Positions 45,577-55,054 of a DNA stretch of 64,000 bases are shown here, in pieces. The stretch is from the NCBI GenBank assembly GCA_004322365.1, contig SCTS01000005.1, forward strand, positions 67,697 through 131,696, written 5' to 3'. How positions within the stretch are numbered: position 1 is the stretch's first letter; each line of letters begins with the position of its first letter. The translations under genes were made by a program, and so were the position numbers. The DNA comes from Patescibacteria group bacterium (GTDB lineage Bacteria > Patescibacteriota > Minisyncoccia > Phycocordibacterales > Phycocordibacteraceae). A model generated the notes under the pieces. The model was given only the letters and a program-made list of their open reading frames with translations, did not search any database and had not been told where the DNA came from.

Positions 45577-46266
45577 ATGGAACAAAAACAAAACCTTTCA
45601 ATCCCTGTCGCTATCGTACTTGCTGGAGCTTTAATTGGTGGCGCTCTCTTTTTTATCGGACGCACTGACACGCCAACCACAAATACAAACACACCGACCG
45701 TTGCACAAAAAGATATTCCCGCAGTCACTTCTGCAGACCACATTATTGGAAGCATTGACGCACCAATAGTCATTGTTGAATACACCGACCTCGAGTGTCC
45801 GTTTTGTAAACAGTTTGACGGCACAATGAAGCAAGTGGTCAAAGCATATGGCGGTAAGGTTGCGTGGGTTGTTCGTAACTTTCCCCTTCAACAGCTCCAC
45901 CCTAACGCACCAAAAATTGCTCTCGGGGCAGAGTGTGCGGCGGCGCTTGGTGGCAATGCAACATACTTCAAATTCATTGATTCTGTATTTACGCAAGCAC
46001 CAATAAATACATTTTTCGACATAACAAAACTTACCGTAACAGCAGAAGGAGTTGGAGTTGATGCGAAGAAATTTAATGCCTGCGTTATCGCTGGAACCTA
46101 TCAAGATAAGATAAGTAAAGAATTCAACGATGCAGTTGCTGCAGGAGGTCAAGGAACTCCCTTCTCAGTCGCCATTACAAAGGATGGAAAACAATACCCT
46201 ATTCCTGGCTCTCAGCCGTTGGAACAACTCAAAACAATCATTGATGGAATCTTAGCGGGAAAATAA
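45577..46266 (+). CDS. DsbA-like thiol:disulfide oxidoreductase (thioredoxin fold)
   Basis: N-terminal TM and an ECPFCKQF (CxxC) active site. Confidence 0.75.
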   Translation: MEQKQNLSIPVAIVLAGALIGGALFFIGRTDTPTTNTNTPTVAQKDIPAVTSADHIIGSIDAPIVIVEYTDLECPFCKQFDGTMKQVVKAYGGKVAWVVRNFPLQQLHPNAPKIALGAECAAALGGNATYFKFIDSVFTQAPINTFFDITKLTVTAEGVGVDAKKFNACVIAGTYQDKISKEFNDAVAAGGQGTPFSVAITKDGKQYPIPGSQPLEQLKTIIDGILAGK

Positions 46267-46272
46267 AGAAGA

Positions 46273-46350
46273 AGGTGCTAGGGACTAGGTTCTAGGTGTT
46301 AGCTTTAACTTCCGAAAGCTAGAACCTAGCACCTATAACCTAAAACCTGT
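46273..46350. repeat. CTAGGTGCTAG-family palindromic repeat (copy D) between convergent genes
   Basis: ggtgctagggactaggttctaggtgttagctttaacttccgaaagctagaacctagcacctataacctaaaacc; aggtgctaggttctagcttt is the reverse complement of aaagctagaacctagcacct. Confidence 0.85.
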
Positions 46351-46353
46351 CTT

Positions 46354-47178
46354 TCAGAGCCCAAGGCGGTAAATGTCGAAGGAGTTTTCACCTTCAAACA
46401 TGTCGGAAGGGTTTGGGAGATACATACGCTCCCGTAGTATTTCTGCGCTCGCATCGTTAATGAGGCGATGAAATACTTCAAAGTCTTCTGCACATTCTTT
46501 AAAGTCCAATACATACCGACGCATTTGAGATGAACCATCGACGTTCTTTCTTTTTTTACACTCATAGACAATGAAGCGTCGAACTGGCTTGCCAAAAAGA
46601 GCACCAACGGTGTAGTAATTAAACATTGCCTGCAACACAAACAAAGGTTTCGAAGCACCGCTTTTACTGAACGAATCAACAAATTTATGATCAACAATAT
46701 CAACCGCCCCTTTTTCAACTCGAGATTCCACCACCAAGTCAGAAATCGCTTTCACTGGGAGCGGTAGTCCTGGAACTTCTGCCATACCCATGACTTCAAT
46801 TCCTAAAACCTTATGTTTGGGAGGTCTCTCTAAGTAAAAAGATACTGCCTGCAGGTAGTCCTTCTCCATACTCTGTCGCTTCTCTTTCTGCGCTCGCTTG
46901 CTTTTAGCTTTCCCAAATTGCACTTCAAAGTCTGCAATGTTTCGTAGATACTCGAGCCCTAATGCAACAGACGCTTCTTTTGAAAGCCCACTATAAAAAT
47001 GCTGAAGCGCTACATGCCCAGAGCGTCCAATGATGCCGGCCGGTGTAGACGGTGTGTCTCTTACATTTTCAACATACCGCTTGTACCACGCCAAAGGATT
47101 TCGCAAAAACGAAATGAGAGACGAGTGGCTCCAGTGTTTAATTGGATATTTTGATTTCTTACTCGAAGCCTTTTTCAC
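46354..47178 (-). CDS. PD-(D/E)XK nuclease superfamily protein (RecB/Cas4-like exonuclease fold)
   Basis: N-terminal HWSHSSLISFLRNPLAWYKRYV (RecB-family N-motif) and a core ISDLVVE ... VDIVDHK matching D...(D/E)xK. Confidence 0.55.
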   Translation of the reverse strand: MKKASSKKSKYPIKHWSHSSLISFLRNPLAWYKRYVENVRDTPSTPAGIIGRSGHVALQHFYSGLSKEASVALGLEYLRNIADFEVQFGKAKSKRAQKEKRQSMEKDYLQAVSFYLERPPKHKVLGIEVMGMAEVPGLPLPVKAISDLVVESRVEKGAVDIVDHKFVDSFSKSGASKPLFVLQAMFNYYTVGALFGKPVRRFIVYECKKRKNVDGSSQMRRYVLDFKECAEDFEVFHRLINDASAEILRERMYLPNPSDMFEGENSFDIYRLGL

Positions 47179-47216
47179 TCACTCATTATACCTGGAGTGC
47201 TTTTATCGGCATTTTT

Positions 47217-47432
47217 CTACCTCCCCATCAGACGGTCTCCGACACCCGCCACTAACATGAAAACGGTTGCTCCAGTAGCTAGAATAGTTACGATAAAAAG
47301 TGGGATGGTACACCCAACAGCGAACAACACCTTATTACGATACTTACCACTTACACGTTCCGAAGCGATGGTAGAGATTCCAGAAACAAGAGGCTGGCGA
47401 CCATCCGATCCTCCTTCAATAAGGCGAGACAT
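47217..47432 (-). CDS. possible small membrane protein
   Basis: 71-aa ORF with one strong TM; it competes with the overlapping plus-strand ORF 47197-47439. Confidence 0.2.
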   Translation of the reverse strand: MSRLIEGGSDGRQPLVSGISTIASERVSGKYRNKVLFAVGCTIPLFIVTILATGATVFMLVAGVGDRLMGR

Positions 47433-47481
47433 ACTATAAAATCAGTAGTAGATTCTAGAAAATATACTTGCTAGAGAATTA

Positions 47482-48768
47482 TCAATAGCTCCTTAATTTC
47501 TTTGCTTTACCGTGGGTGCGGATTTTTTCGAGGGCTTTTGCTTCAATCTGACGAATGCGTTCACGAGTAACTCCGAACTCCTGTCCTACTTCTTCAAGGG
47601 TGTGGTAAATGCCGTCTTCAAGACCATGGCGCATGGCGAGAATCTTTCTTTCTTTTGGTGTGAGATCACCTAAGATTTCATGGAGCTGTTCAACAAGAAT
47701 ACGATGTGCTGTTTCTTGGTCAGGTGTTGGCAGAGAATGGTCTGCCACGAAGTCACCGCGAGCTGATGCATCGTCATCATCTGATGAGCTGATAGGTGCT
47801 TCCAGAGAAAGTGTTTCTTGGTTGATTTGCTCAATCTGGTAGACCTTTTCAACATCCACACCCATTTCTGCAGAAATTTCTTCAGGCATTGGATCACGAC
47901 CCAAGTCTTGCTCGAGTCGTCGAACTATCTGCTTGTACTTAGCAATCGTTTCCACCATGTGCACAGGAATACGGATAGTGCGTGATTGATCAGCAAGAGC
48001 ACGAGTAATAGCTTGCCTAATCCACCATGTGGCATAGGTTGAAAACTTGAAGCCTTTTTCGTAATCAAATTTATCGACTGCTTTAAAGAGGCCTAAGTTC
48101 CCTTCTTGAATAAGGTCGAGAAGCGACAAGTCAGATGAGCGAGATGCGTACTTCTTCGCAATGGAAACCACGAGGCGGAGGTTTGCACGAGCAAGCAAGT
48201 TTTTTGCTTCCTCATCACCTTCGGTAATTCTTTTTGCAAGAGCTCGCTCTTCAGGGCCAGTGAGAAGTGGGTACTGACCAATTTCACGGAGGTACATTTG
48301 TATGGAGTCGTGTGCCGAGCCTTCTCCACGGTAGCCTCCACGCATCACGACTTCGTCAGGAACTTCTTCGAGCATTCCGCCTGACTCCAAGACATCAATG
48401 CCTGACGTTGAAAGACGCTCGTAGAGCTCTTCAAGAAAGAAAACATTCTCTTCAATAGTAGGAAATTCTTTTAAGATTTCGTTGTAGGTCACATACCCTC
48501 GCTCCTTACCTTTTGCAACAAGGCGTACTGCTTTTGTTTCCAAAAGTACTAAGCTCTTTTTTGAGACTGCTTTTGCAGGCTTTGGTGCCTTCACTTTCGC
48601 AACCTTCTTTGGAGCAGGCTTTGCCTTACGAGCAGCTACCTTCTTAGAGGACTTTGGCTTTTGTTTTGACTTTGAAGTGGATTTAGAAGCCTTACGTAAA
48701 GGCGCCTTCTTACGGGCGACTGGTTTTACTGACTTCTTTGCCTTCTTTATTGTTTTTTTCTTTGCCAT
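47482..48768 (-). CDS. rpoD: RNA polymerase sigma-70 factor with Lys/Ala/Pro-rich histone-H1-like N-terminal extension
   Basis: Region 2 ([35 protein letters not shown]), region 3 and region 4 ([20 protein letters not shown]). Confidence 0.9.
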   Translation of the reverse strand: MAKKKTIKKAKKSVKPVARKKAPLRKASKSTSKSKQKPKSSKKVAARKAKPAPKKVAKVKAPKPAKAVSKKSLVLLETKAVRLVAKGKERGYVTYNEILKEFPTIEENVFFLEELYERLSTSGIDVLESGGMLEEVPDEVVMRGGYRGEGSAHDSIQMYLREIGQYPLLTGPEERALAKRITEGDEEAKNLLARANLRLVVSIAKKYASRSSDLSLLDLIQEGNLGLFKAVDKFDYEKGFKFSTYATWWIRQAITRALADQSRTIRIPVHMVETIAKYKQIVRRLEQDLGRDPMPEEISAEMGVDVEKVYQIEQINQETLSLEAPISSSDDDDASARGDFVADHSLPTPDQETAHRILVEQLHEILGDLTPKERKILAMRHGLEDGIYHTLEEVGQEFGVTRERIRQIEAKALEKIRTHGKAKKLRSY

Positions 48769-48792
48769 ATCAAATATTAGTAGACTTTATCC

Positions 48793-50559
48793 TTAGTGGA
48801 GCTTCAACGCAAGCGCGTTTAACTCCTTCATAAGTGCTTCCGTTTGAACTCCGTCATGTGCTGTTTCAGCCACTCGAAGCAGTGCCACCACTTCACGATA
48901 CCGTTCATGTCGTGACTCCTTCAATAGTGCCTCGTACACTTCCTTGACTGCCTCCCTGCGGATAGCTTCATCGGCGTGACTTTCGAGAAAAAAGTCGGCC
49001 TCGAATAATGCCGCGCTGGTATCGAGAGACCGCCCCAGCAATTCTTCTGTACGCTCTTCGCCAAGAGCTCCCTTAAGGGCACCGAGGGCTGTATCAGCTG
49101 AAACTACATCTTTCTTTTCTTTAAAAAGAAGGAAGAGTCCGTAGACAAGACGCTCGAGTACATCACTCCGTGACAAGAATGGTTCTCTTGATGCGTTAGT
49201 GGGGAGCAGTCTGGAGTTAGTGGAAACGCTCTGGTCCTTTGGTGCGACCTGTACACCATCTACCTTCTTCAGCTCTGCAATCACCGCATCCTCTCCAACC
49301 TGCAATACTTCTGCAACCCTCTTTATAAAATGTGCCTGATCTATTTTATGTGGAATCATTGCAACATACGGCAGTACCGTGCGTGATACTTCTAGGCGAA
49401 ATGTGCGTGGGTCATACTTAGCATCTGCGATGTGTGCAAGATAAAAATCCACCACATGGAGTGCACTTTTTACTGCACCCCTAAACACATCCTTGTTTTC
49501 AAGCAGAATGTCAGCTGGGTCTCTCTCGGGAGGAAGTTTTACAATCTTCACGTTCATACCTGCTTGAAGTGCAATGCTTGCAGCACGACCTGCAGCTGAA
49601 ATGCCAGCCCTATCACCGTCATACGCTATAAGGAGGTTCTGAGTGTAACGCTTAATAATCTCCACATGAGGAAGTGTGAAAGCGGTACCCGAAGTCGCAA
49701 CCGTGTTATGGTAACCCGCCTGATGCGCCATAAGGAGATCTAACTGCCCTTCTACAAGAAGCGCTGCCCCTAGCTCCCGAATACCCTCACGAGCCTTATC
49801 AAGTCCATAGAGCACGCGTGATTTATCGAACACTGGAGTCTCCGGAGAGTTCAAATATTTTGCCTGAGGATGCTTTTCATCATCTTCAAAAATACGGCCA
49901 GAAAACCCAATGACTCTCCCTGAAATATCTTTAATCGGGAACATAATCCGACCACGGAAACGATCATAAAGCCTTGAGTCAGCAGTTTTTTCTGCTACCT
50001 GCACACTGCCTTCTGCATTTTCTTGCTTCTTAACAAGTCCCGCTCGTTCTAAAAGAACATCATCAAATTTCTTTCCAAGCAAAAAATCACGAAGCGCGTG
50101 CCATGCATTTGGCGCATACCCCAAAGACCAGTGAGATATAGTTTCTTCAGTCAAACCACGAGTCTTAAGATACGAAAGTGCTTCGGGTTTTTCTTTTAAT
50201 GTTTCAGAGAAAAAACTGCTCGCTGAGGCGAGGGCGGAATACAACTGCTCACGCAAATCTCGCTCTCCTGGTTTTTCATCTTCTAGTGGGATACCCGCTT
50301 TCTCTGCCAACATCTTTAATGAACCACGAAAATCAACGCCTTCCATTTCCTGTAAGAATGTAAACATGTCTCCCCCCTTACCAGATGAGAAACAATGATA
50401 GAGCCCGCGGTCAGGAGAAACAAAAAATGATGGGGTTCTTTCTTTGGTGAACGGCGACAGTCCTTTGTAGTACTTCCCCGCTCGCGTAAGCTTCACATAC
50501 TGCTGTACCACCTCAACAATGGTCAGCCTATCTTTTATTTTGTTTACGGTGTCGCTCAT
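48793..50559 (-). CDS. dnaG: DNA primase
   Basis: Zinc ribbon (GLSPFTKERTPSFFV...YHCFSSGKGGD) and TOPRIM (LLVEGQLD, DGDRAG). Confidence 0.9.
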   Translation of the reverse strand: MSDTVNKIKDRLTIVEVVQQYVKLTRAGKYYKGLSPFTKERTPSFFVSPDRGLYHCFSSGKGGDMFTFLQEMEGVDFRGSLKMLAEKAGIPLEDEKPGERDLREQLYSALASASSFFSETLKEKPEALSYLKTRGLTEETISHWSLGYAPNAWHALRDFLLGKKFDDVLLERAGLVKKQENAEGSVQVAEKTADSRLYDRFRGRIMFPIKDISGRVIGFSGRIFEDDEKHPQAKYLNSPETPVFDKSRVLYGLDKAREGIRELGAALLVEGQLDLLMAHQAGYHNTVATSGTAFTLPHVEIIKRYTQNLLIAYDGDRAGISAAGRAASIALQAGMNVKIVKLPPERDPADILLENKDVFRGAVKSALHVVDFYLAHIADAKYDPRTFRLEVSRTVLPYVAMIPHKIDQAHFIKRVAEVLQVGEDAVIAELKKVDGVQVAPKDQSVSTNSRLLPTNASREPFLSRSDVLERLVYGLFLLFKEKKDVVSADTALGALKGALGEERTEELLGRSLDTSAALFEADFFLESHADEAIRREAVKEVYEALLKESRHERYREVVALLRVAETAHDGVQTEALMKELNALALKLH

Positions 50560-50563
50560 GATG

Positions 50564-50612
50564 AATAGCTTACAGCTTTCAGGTGCCAGGTTTCAGCTTT
50601 TTTAATACCAAC
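50564..50612. repeat. degenerate CTAGGTGCTAG-family repeat (copy E)
   Basis: atagcttacagctttcaggtgccaggtttcagctttttt. Confidence 0.5.
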
Positions 50613-50620
50613 AGTTTTCA

Positions 50621-51241
50621 TTATGTGACAAGTTTTACAATATCTTCGAAATCTTGGAAACAGTAATCGGCTTCGGGTGAAGTATTCCACATGAGCGCCG
50701 TTAAAAGCCCGAGACTTTTTGCAGGCTTCAGCTCTTTTTCAACACTATCCCCAACAAACAGTATATTCTCTGCAGGAAGATTCGAAAGCTCAATCATGAG
50801 CTTGAATCCATCAAGTGCTGGCTTGGGATTTTTTACTTCTTTAGGCCCTAAAATATAAGTGAACCACGCACTCTCTATTCCAAGGGCTGGAAAAAACTTT
50901 TCTGCCATCACATTGGAGAATATAGAAATAGGCACAATCTCTCGGAGACGATTCAACACATCAGGAATGTTCGGATTTGCAAGCTTTAAGAGAGCGCTCG
51001 GGTCTGCCGAAGCATATCTCTCCGACCAGTAGCCGTCTGGAAGCCCAAGTGAAGCGAAGATTGCCGAGTGACTCTTATGTACTTTGAATAGCGATTCATA
51101 CTCCTCAACTAATTCCGGGGTGACCGCTTTTCCAACAATCTCCGCGTATGAACCATAACGCAATTTTTCATGCGCCTGTTTATCGAGACGAATAATAGTC
51201 TCACTAAAATCAAACCAAATATGTTTGATAGATTGCTTCAT
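50621..51241 (-). CDS. HAD-superfamily hydrolase-like protein
   Basis: Motif I-like IWFDFSETI and motif IV-like LFVGDSVEKEL. Confidence 0.5.
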   Translation of the reverse strand: MKQSIKHIWFDFSETIIRLDKQAHEKLRYGSYAEIVGKAVTPELVEEYESLFKVHKSHSAIFASLGLPDGYWSERYASADPSALLKLANPNIPDVLNRLREIVPISIFSNVMAEKFFPALGIESAWFTYILGPKEVKNPKPALDGFKLMIELSNLPAENILFVGDSVEKELKPAKSLGLLTALMWNTSPEADYCFQDFEDIVKLVT

Positions 51242-51242
51242 G

Positions 51243-51322
51243 ACTAGGTGTTAGGTGCTAGCTTCTAGGTGCTAGCTTTCAGATTTGAAAAGCTAGAACC
51301 TAGTCCCTAAAACCTATAAGCT
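51243..51322. repeat. CTAGGTGCTAG-family palindromic repeat (copy F) between the HAD-like gene and rpoC
   Basis: gactaggtgttaggtgctagcttctaggtgctagctttcagatttgaaaagctagaacctagtccctaaaacctataagc. Confidence 0.85.
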
Positions 51323-51326
51323 CTGT

Positions 51327-54300
51327 TTACGCTATATCTGAGATCCTCTCCCGTGCTTCGTCTCGTTCCATTTCAAGTTCCATTTCTTTTGCACGCTTCT
51401 CCTGGAATGCAGCAACACGTGCATGCTTCTTACTACCTACGAATCCTGTACCTGCAGGAATGAGTCGTCCAACAATGACGTTCTCTTTAAGTCCTGCGAG
51501 AAGGTCAACGGTACCCTTAAGTGATGCAGTAATGAGAGTTCGTGTTGTGTGCTGGAAGGATGCTGCTGAAAGGAAGCTTTTACGATTCAACGAGATTTCA
51601 GTAATACCCAATACTAAGCGATCGTATTTAAGAGGTTCCTTTCCTGCTTCTTCAAGTTCACGGTTGGTGCTGTGTGCTGTACGCATTTCGAGAGCCTCAC
51701 CCTTAACAAACGAGCTGTCTCCTGGATCAGTAACTCGAACTCGTGAGAACATTTGGCGGATGATGACTTCCATGTGCTTGTGAGAAACTGGAGCACCCTG
51801 AAGATCGTAAATCTTAGCCACCTCGTCAATCATGTAGTCTTGGAGTCTCTGCGCACCTGCGAGCTTAAAGAGCTCATCAAGGTCCATAGAACCGTCAGTA
51901 AGCGCATCACCCTTTCCAACATGCATACCTTCTCTCACTACAGAAACGCGTCTTGCAGGAACTTCATATTCAATCTTGTCTTTTTTGTCTGATGTTTGAT
52001 CAGGAAGAAGTACGATTGTTTTGACACCCATGTCATCACGAACTTCTATGATGTCTCCTGCAACTTCAGCGAGAATAGCTGCAGCCTTTGGCGGTCGTTT
52101 ATCGAACAACTCTTCAATACGTGGGAGTCCGTTCGTAATGTCGCCACCGATAGTTGCAACACCTCCAGTGTGGAAAGTACGCATAGTAAGCTGTGTACCT
52201 GGTTCACCGATAGCTTGCGCTGCAATTGTTCCAACGGCTTCGCCGATATCAATGATTTCACGAGTTGCGAGGTCGGAACCGTAACACTTCTGACAGATAC
52301 CTTTCTCTGAAGCACATGACATTGGAGAACGCACAGTTGCTTCTTCAACACCGAGAGCTGCAATTTCTATTGCGTCTTCTTTCAAAATAAAGGCACCTCG
52401 TTTCCATACTTTGTCTCCTACTGCAATTTCTTTTGCAAGCACTCGTCCAACAATAAGTTTTCCGAGGTCAGCCTCCATACCAGTAGAGCGCATACGGTTG
52501 ATAACAAGACCGAGCTTGGTACCACAGTCAGCTTCAGAAACCATGATGTCTTGGGCAACATCGAACAGTCTTCGAGTAAGGTATCCGGCGTGCGCGGTTT
52601 TGAGTGCGGTGTCAGTCAAACCTTTTCGAGAACCGTGTGTAGTTGTGAAGTATTCAGTTGGTGTAAGACCTTCTTTCATTGAAGAGACCACAGGGAATTC
52701 AATGACACCTCCTGCAGTGTTGGTCACGAGTCCTTTCATACCAGCCATCTGAGAGAGCTGTCTGACGGAGCCTCGGGCACCTGACACCACCATGGTGTAT
52801 ACAGACGAAAGAGTGTTGAGCGATGGAAGAATTTCTTTTTCAATGTCTCCAATCGCCTTCTGCCATATTTCAATGGTCAAACGCAATTTTTCTTCTGCAG
52901 TAAGCAAACCATTTTCATACTGCACAGTCATTTCTTGAACTTCCTTGCGAGCTGCATCAACAATTACCTTCTTTCCTTTTGGAACAGCGAGGTCATCGAA
53001 GCTAAACGAAACACCTGACTTCGTTGCAAATTGGAAACCAAAGTGTTTAATTTTGTCGAGAATAGCCGGCGTCTTTTCAAGACCGTAGATAAAGATAATG
53101 TCATCAACCAACTTACTGAGCTGAGTCTTCTTTATTTCAGAATTAATGAAGAGATAATCTTTTGGAAGAATTGAATTGAAGAGAAGTCGGCCTACCGTTG
53201 TTTCAAAACGCTCTCCTTTAAATGCGGCGTACTTAGGGTTGTCTTTTGTTGGCTCAACAGAAATTTTTGCATGTATACCAACATCACCGAAGTCGTACGC
53301 AAGAATAGCAGCGTTTGGACTCTGGAAGTACTTGCCATCGCCCTTTTCATTTGGAATATCTCTGGTCATCCAGTAAATACCAAGTGCAATGTCGAGTGGC
53401 TTCTCAAAGATAACCGGCTGTCCTGATCCCGGCTTCAATACGTTCTTAGCTGCAGACATGATGGTCTCAGCTTCCATTTGTGCTTCAGCTGAAAGTGGCA
53501 CGTGGACGGCCATTTGGTCACCGTCGAAGTCAGCATTGAATGCAGGACAAACTAATGGATGAAGTTGGATAGCGTTACCTTCAATGAGTCGTGGGCGGAA
53601 TGCCTGAATACCTTGGCGGTGAAGTGTAGGAGCACGGTTCAAAAGAACATGCTTGCCTTGAATCACCTCTTCAAGAATTGCCCACACTTCAGGAATACCT
53701 TCTTCAATGAGTCTACCTGCACCACGAATGTTGTGCGCAAGTTCACGTTCCAAGAGTTTTGCAATAATGAATGGACGGAACAATTCCAATGCCATCTTCT
53801 TTGGAAGACCACACTCGTCGAGTTTCAATTCTGGTCCGACAACAATAACTGAACGGCCTGAGTAGTCGACACGCTTACCAAGAAGGTTGAAGCGGAAGTA
53901 TCCCTGTTTTGATTTCAAATAGTCAGCGAGAGATTTCAATGGACGACGCTGTGACTGACTTGCAGCTGAAAATGCTGCACCACCACGGCGAATTGAGTTG
54001 TCGAGAAGTGCGTCAACAGCTTCCTGAAGAATTCTTTTTTCGTTACGAAGAATAACTTCTGGTGCGAAGATATCGCGAAGTTTTACAAGGCGGTTATTGC
54101 GGTTGATGACACGGCGATACAAGTCGTTCACATCAGATGTCGCATGACGACCTGATTCAAGAGCAACCATTGGGCGAAGTGCTGGAGGTGTAACTGGAAT
54201 GCGCGTAAGGAACATCCACTCAGGGCGAACGCCTGCTTTAATCATTGAACGAATGAGTGAGAGTCTCTTGCCCAATTTTTCTCGTTCAGCTGCACCTGCT

Positions 54301-55034
54301 TTTAGAAGCTGTGTTTCAAGCTCTTTGACGAGCTTGTCCATATCGAGCGACTTGAAAATCTTGTAGATAGCTTCAGCGCCAATGCCAGCCTCGAAGAATG
54401 TACCGTATTTCACCGAGAAGCGATGGTATTCAATTTCATCCAAGACGACACCTGGCTGAATGCGGTCAATGTCCGCCTTCGCTGCGCTCATAAGCGCTTT
54501 CAATTCTGTTTGTGCTTTATCGTTAGTGACTGCTTTGAATTTTGTTTTGAATTCGCTTTCGAGTTCACGAAGAAGACGATCACGCTCTTCAGTATTTACC
54601 TTCGTAACAATGTAGCCAGCAAAGTAGACAACCTTCTCTGCGTCAGTTGCTGATACGCCAAGAATAAGTGCAATTCTTGAAGGAACTGACCGCAAGAACC
54701 AGATGTGCGCAACAGGACTTGCGAGCTCAATGTGGCCCATGCGCTCACGACGAACAATTGCGCGAGTTACTTCAACGCTACATTTTTCACAGACAATCCC
54801 ACGGAAGCGAGGACCTTTGTACTTACCGCAGTAACACTCGAAGTCACGCTCAGGACCGAAAATGCGTTCATCGAAAAGACCATCCTTTTCAGATCGTTGT
54901 GTACGGTAGTTAATTGTTTCAGGTTTTCTGATCTCTCCCCATGACCAATCCAAAATGCGCTCAGGACTTGCGACCTTAAGACCAACCCAATCGAAATTGG
55001 ATGTATCAATGACTTTTCCTCTTTTTTGATCCAT
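51327..55034 (-). CDS. rpoC: DNA-directed RNA polymerase subunit beta'
   Basis: 1235 aa with the NADFDGDQMAVH catalytic motif, zinc-binding Cys clusters, bridge helix and trigger loop. Confidence 0.95.
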   Translation of the reverse strand: MDQKRGKVIDTSNFDWVGLKVASPERILDWSWGEIRKPETINYRTQRSEKDGLFDERIFGPERDFECYCGKYKGPRFRGIVCEKCSVEVTRAIVRRERMGHIELASPVAHIWFLRSVPSRIALILGVSATDAEKVVYFAGYIVTKVNTEERDRLLRELESEFKTKFKAVTNDKAQTELKALMSAAKADIDRIQPGVVLDEIEYHRFSVKYGTFFEAGIGAEAIYKIFKSLDMDKLVKELETQLLKAGAAEREKLGKRLSLIRSMIKAGVRPEWMFLTRIPVTPPALRPMVALESGRHATSDVNDLYRRVINRNNRLVKLRDIFAPEVILRNEKRILQEAVDALLDNSIRRGGAAFSAASQSQRRPLKSLADYLKSKQGYFRFNLLGKRVDYSGRSVIVVGPELKLDECGLPKKMALELFRPFIIAKLLERELAHNIRGAGRLIEEGIPEVWAILEEVIQGKHVLLNRAPTLHRQGIQAFRPRLIEGNAIQLHPLVCPAFNADFDGDQMAVHVPLSAEAQMEAETIMSAAKNVLKPGSGQPVIFEKPLDIALGIYWMTRDIPNEKGDGKYFQSPNAAILAYDFGDVGIHAKISVEPTKDNPKYAAFKGERFETTVGRLLFNSILPKDYLFINSEIKKTQLSKLVDDIIFIYGLEKTPAILDKIKHFGFQFATKSGVSFSFDDLAVPKGKKVIVDAARKEVQEMTVQYENGLLTAEEKLRLTIEIWQKAIGDIEKEILPSLNTLSSVYTMVVSGARGSVRQLSQMAGMKGLVTNTAGGVIEFPVVSSMKEGLTPTEYFTTTHGSRKGLTDTALKTAHAGYLTRRLFDVAQDIMVSEADCGTKLGLVINRMRSTGMEADLGKLIVGRVLAKEIAVGDKVWKRGAFILKEDAIEIAALGVEEATVRSPMSCASEKGICQKCYGSDLATREIIDIGEAVGTIAAQAIGEPGTQLTMRTFHTGGVATIGGDITNGLPRIEELFDKRPPKAAAILAEVAGDIIEVRDDMGVKTIVLLPDQTSDKKDKIEYEVPARRVSVVREGMHVGKGDALTDGSMDLDELFKLAGAQRLQDYMIDEVAKIYDLQGAPVSHKHMEVIIRQMFSRVRVTDPGDSSFVKGEALEMRTAHSTNRELEEAGKEPLKYDRLVLGITEISLNRKSFLSAASFQHTTRTLITASLKGTVDLLAGLKENVIVGRLIPAGTGFVGSKKHARVAAFQEKRAKEMELEMERDEARERISDIA

Positions 55035-55054
55035 ATATTTTTTGGGGTTAAGGC

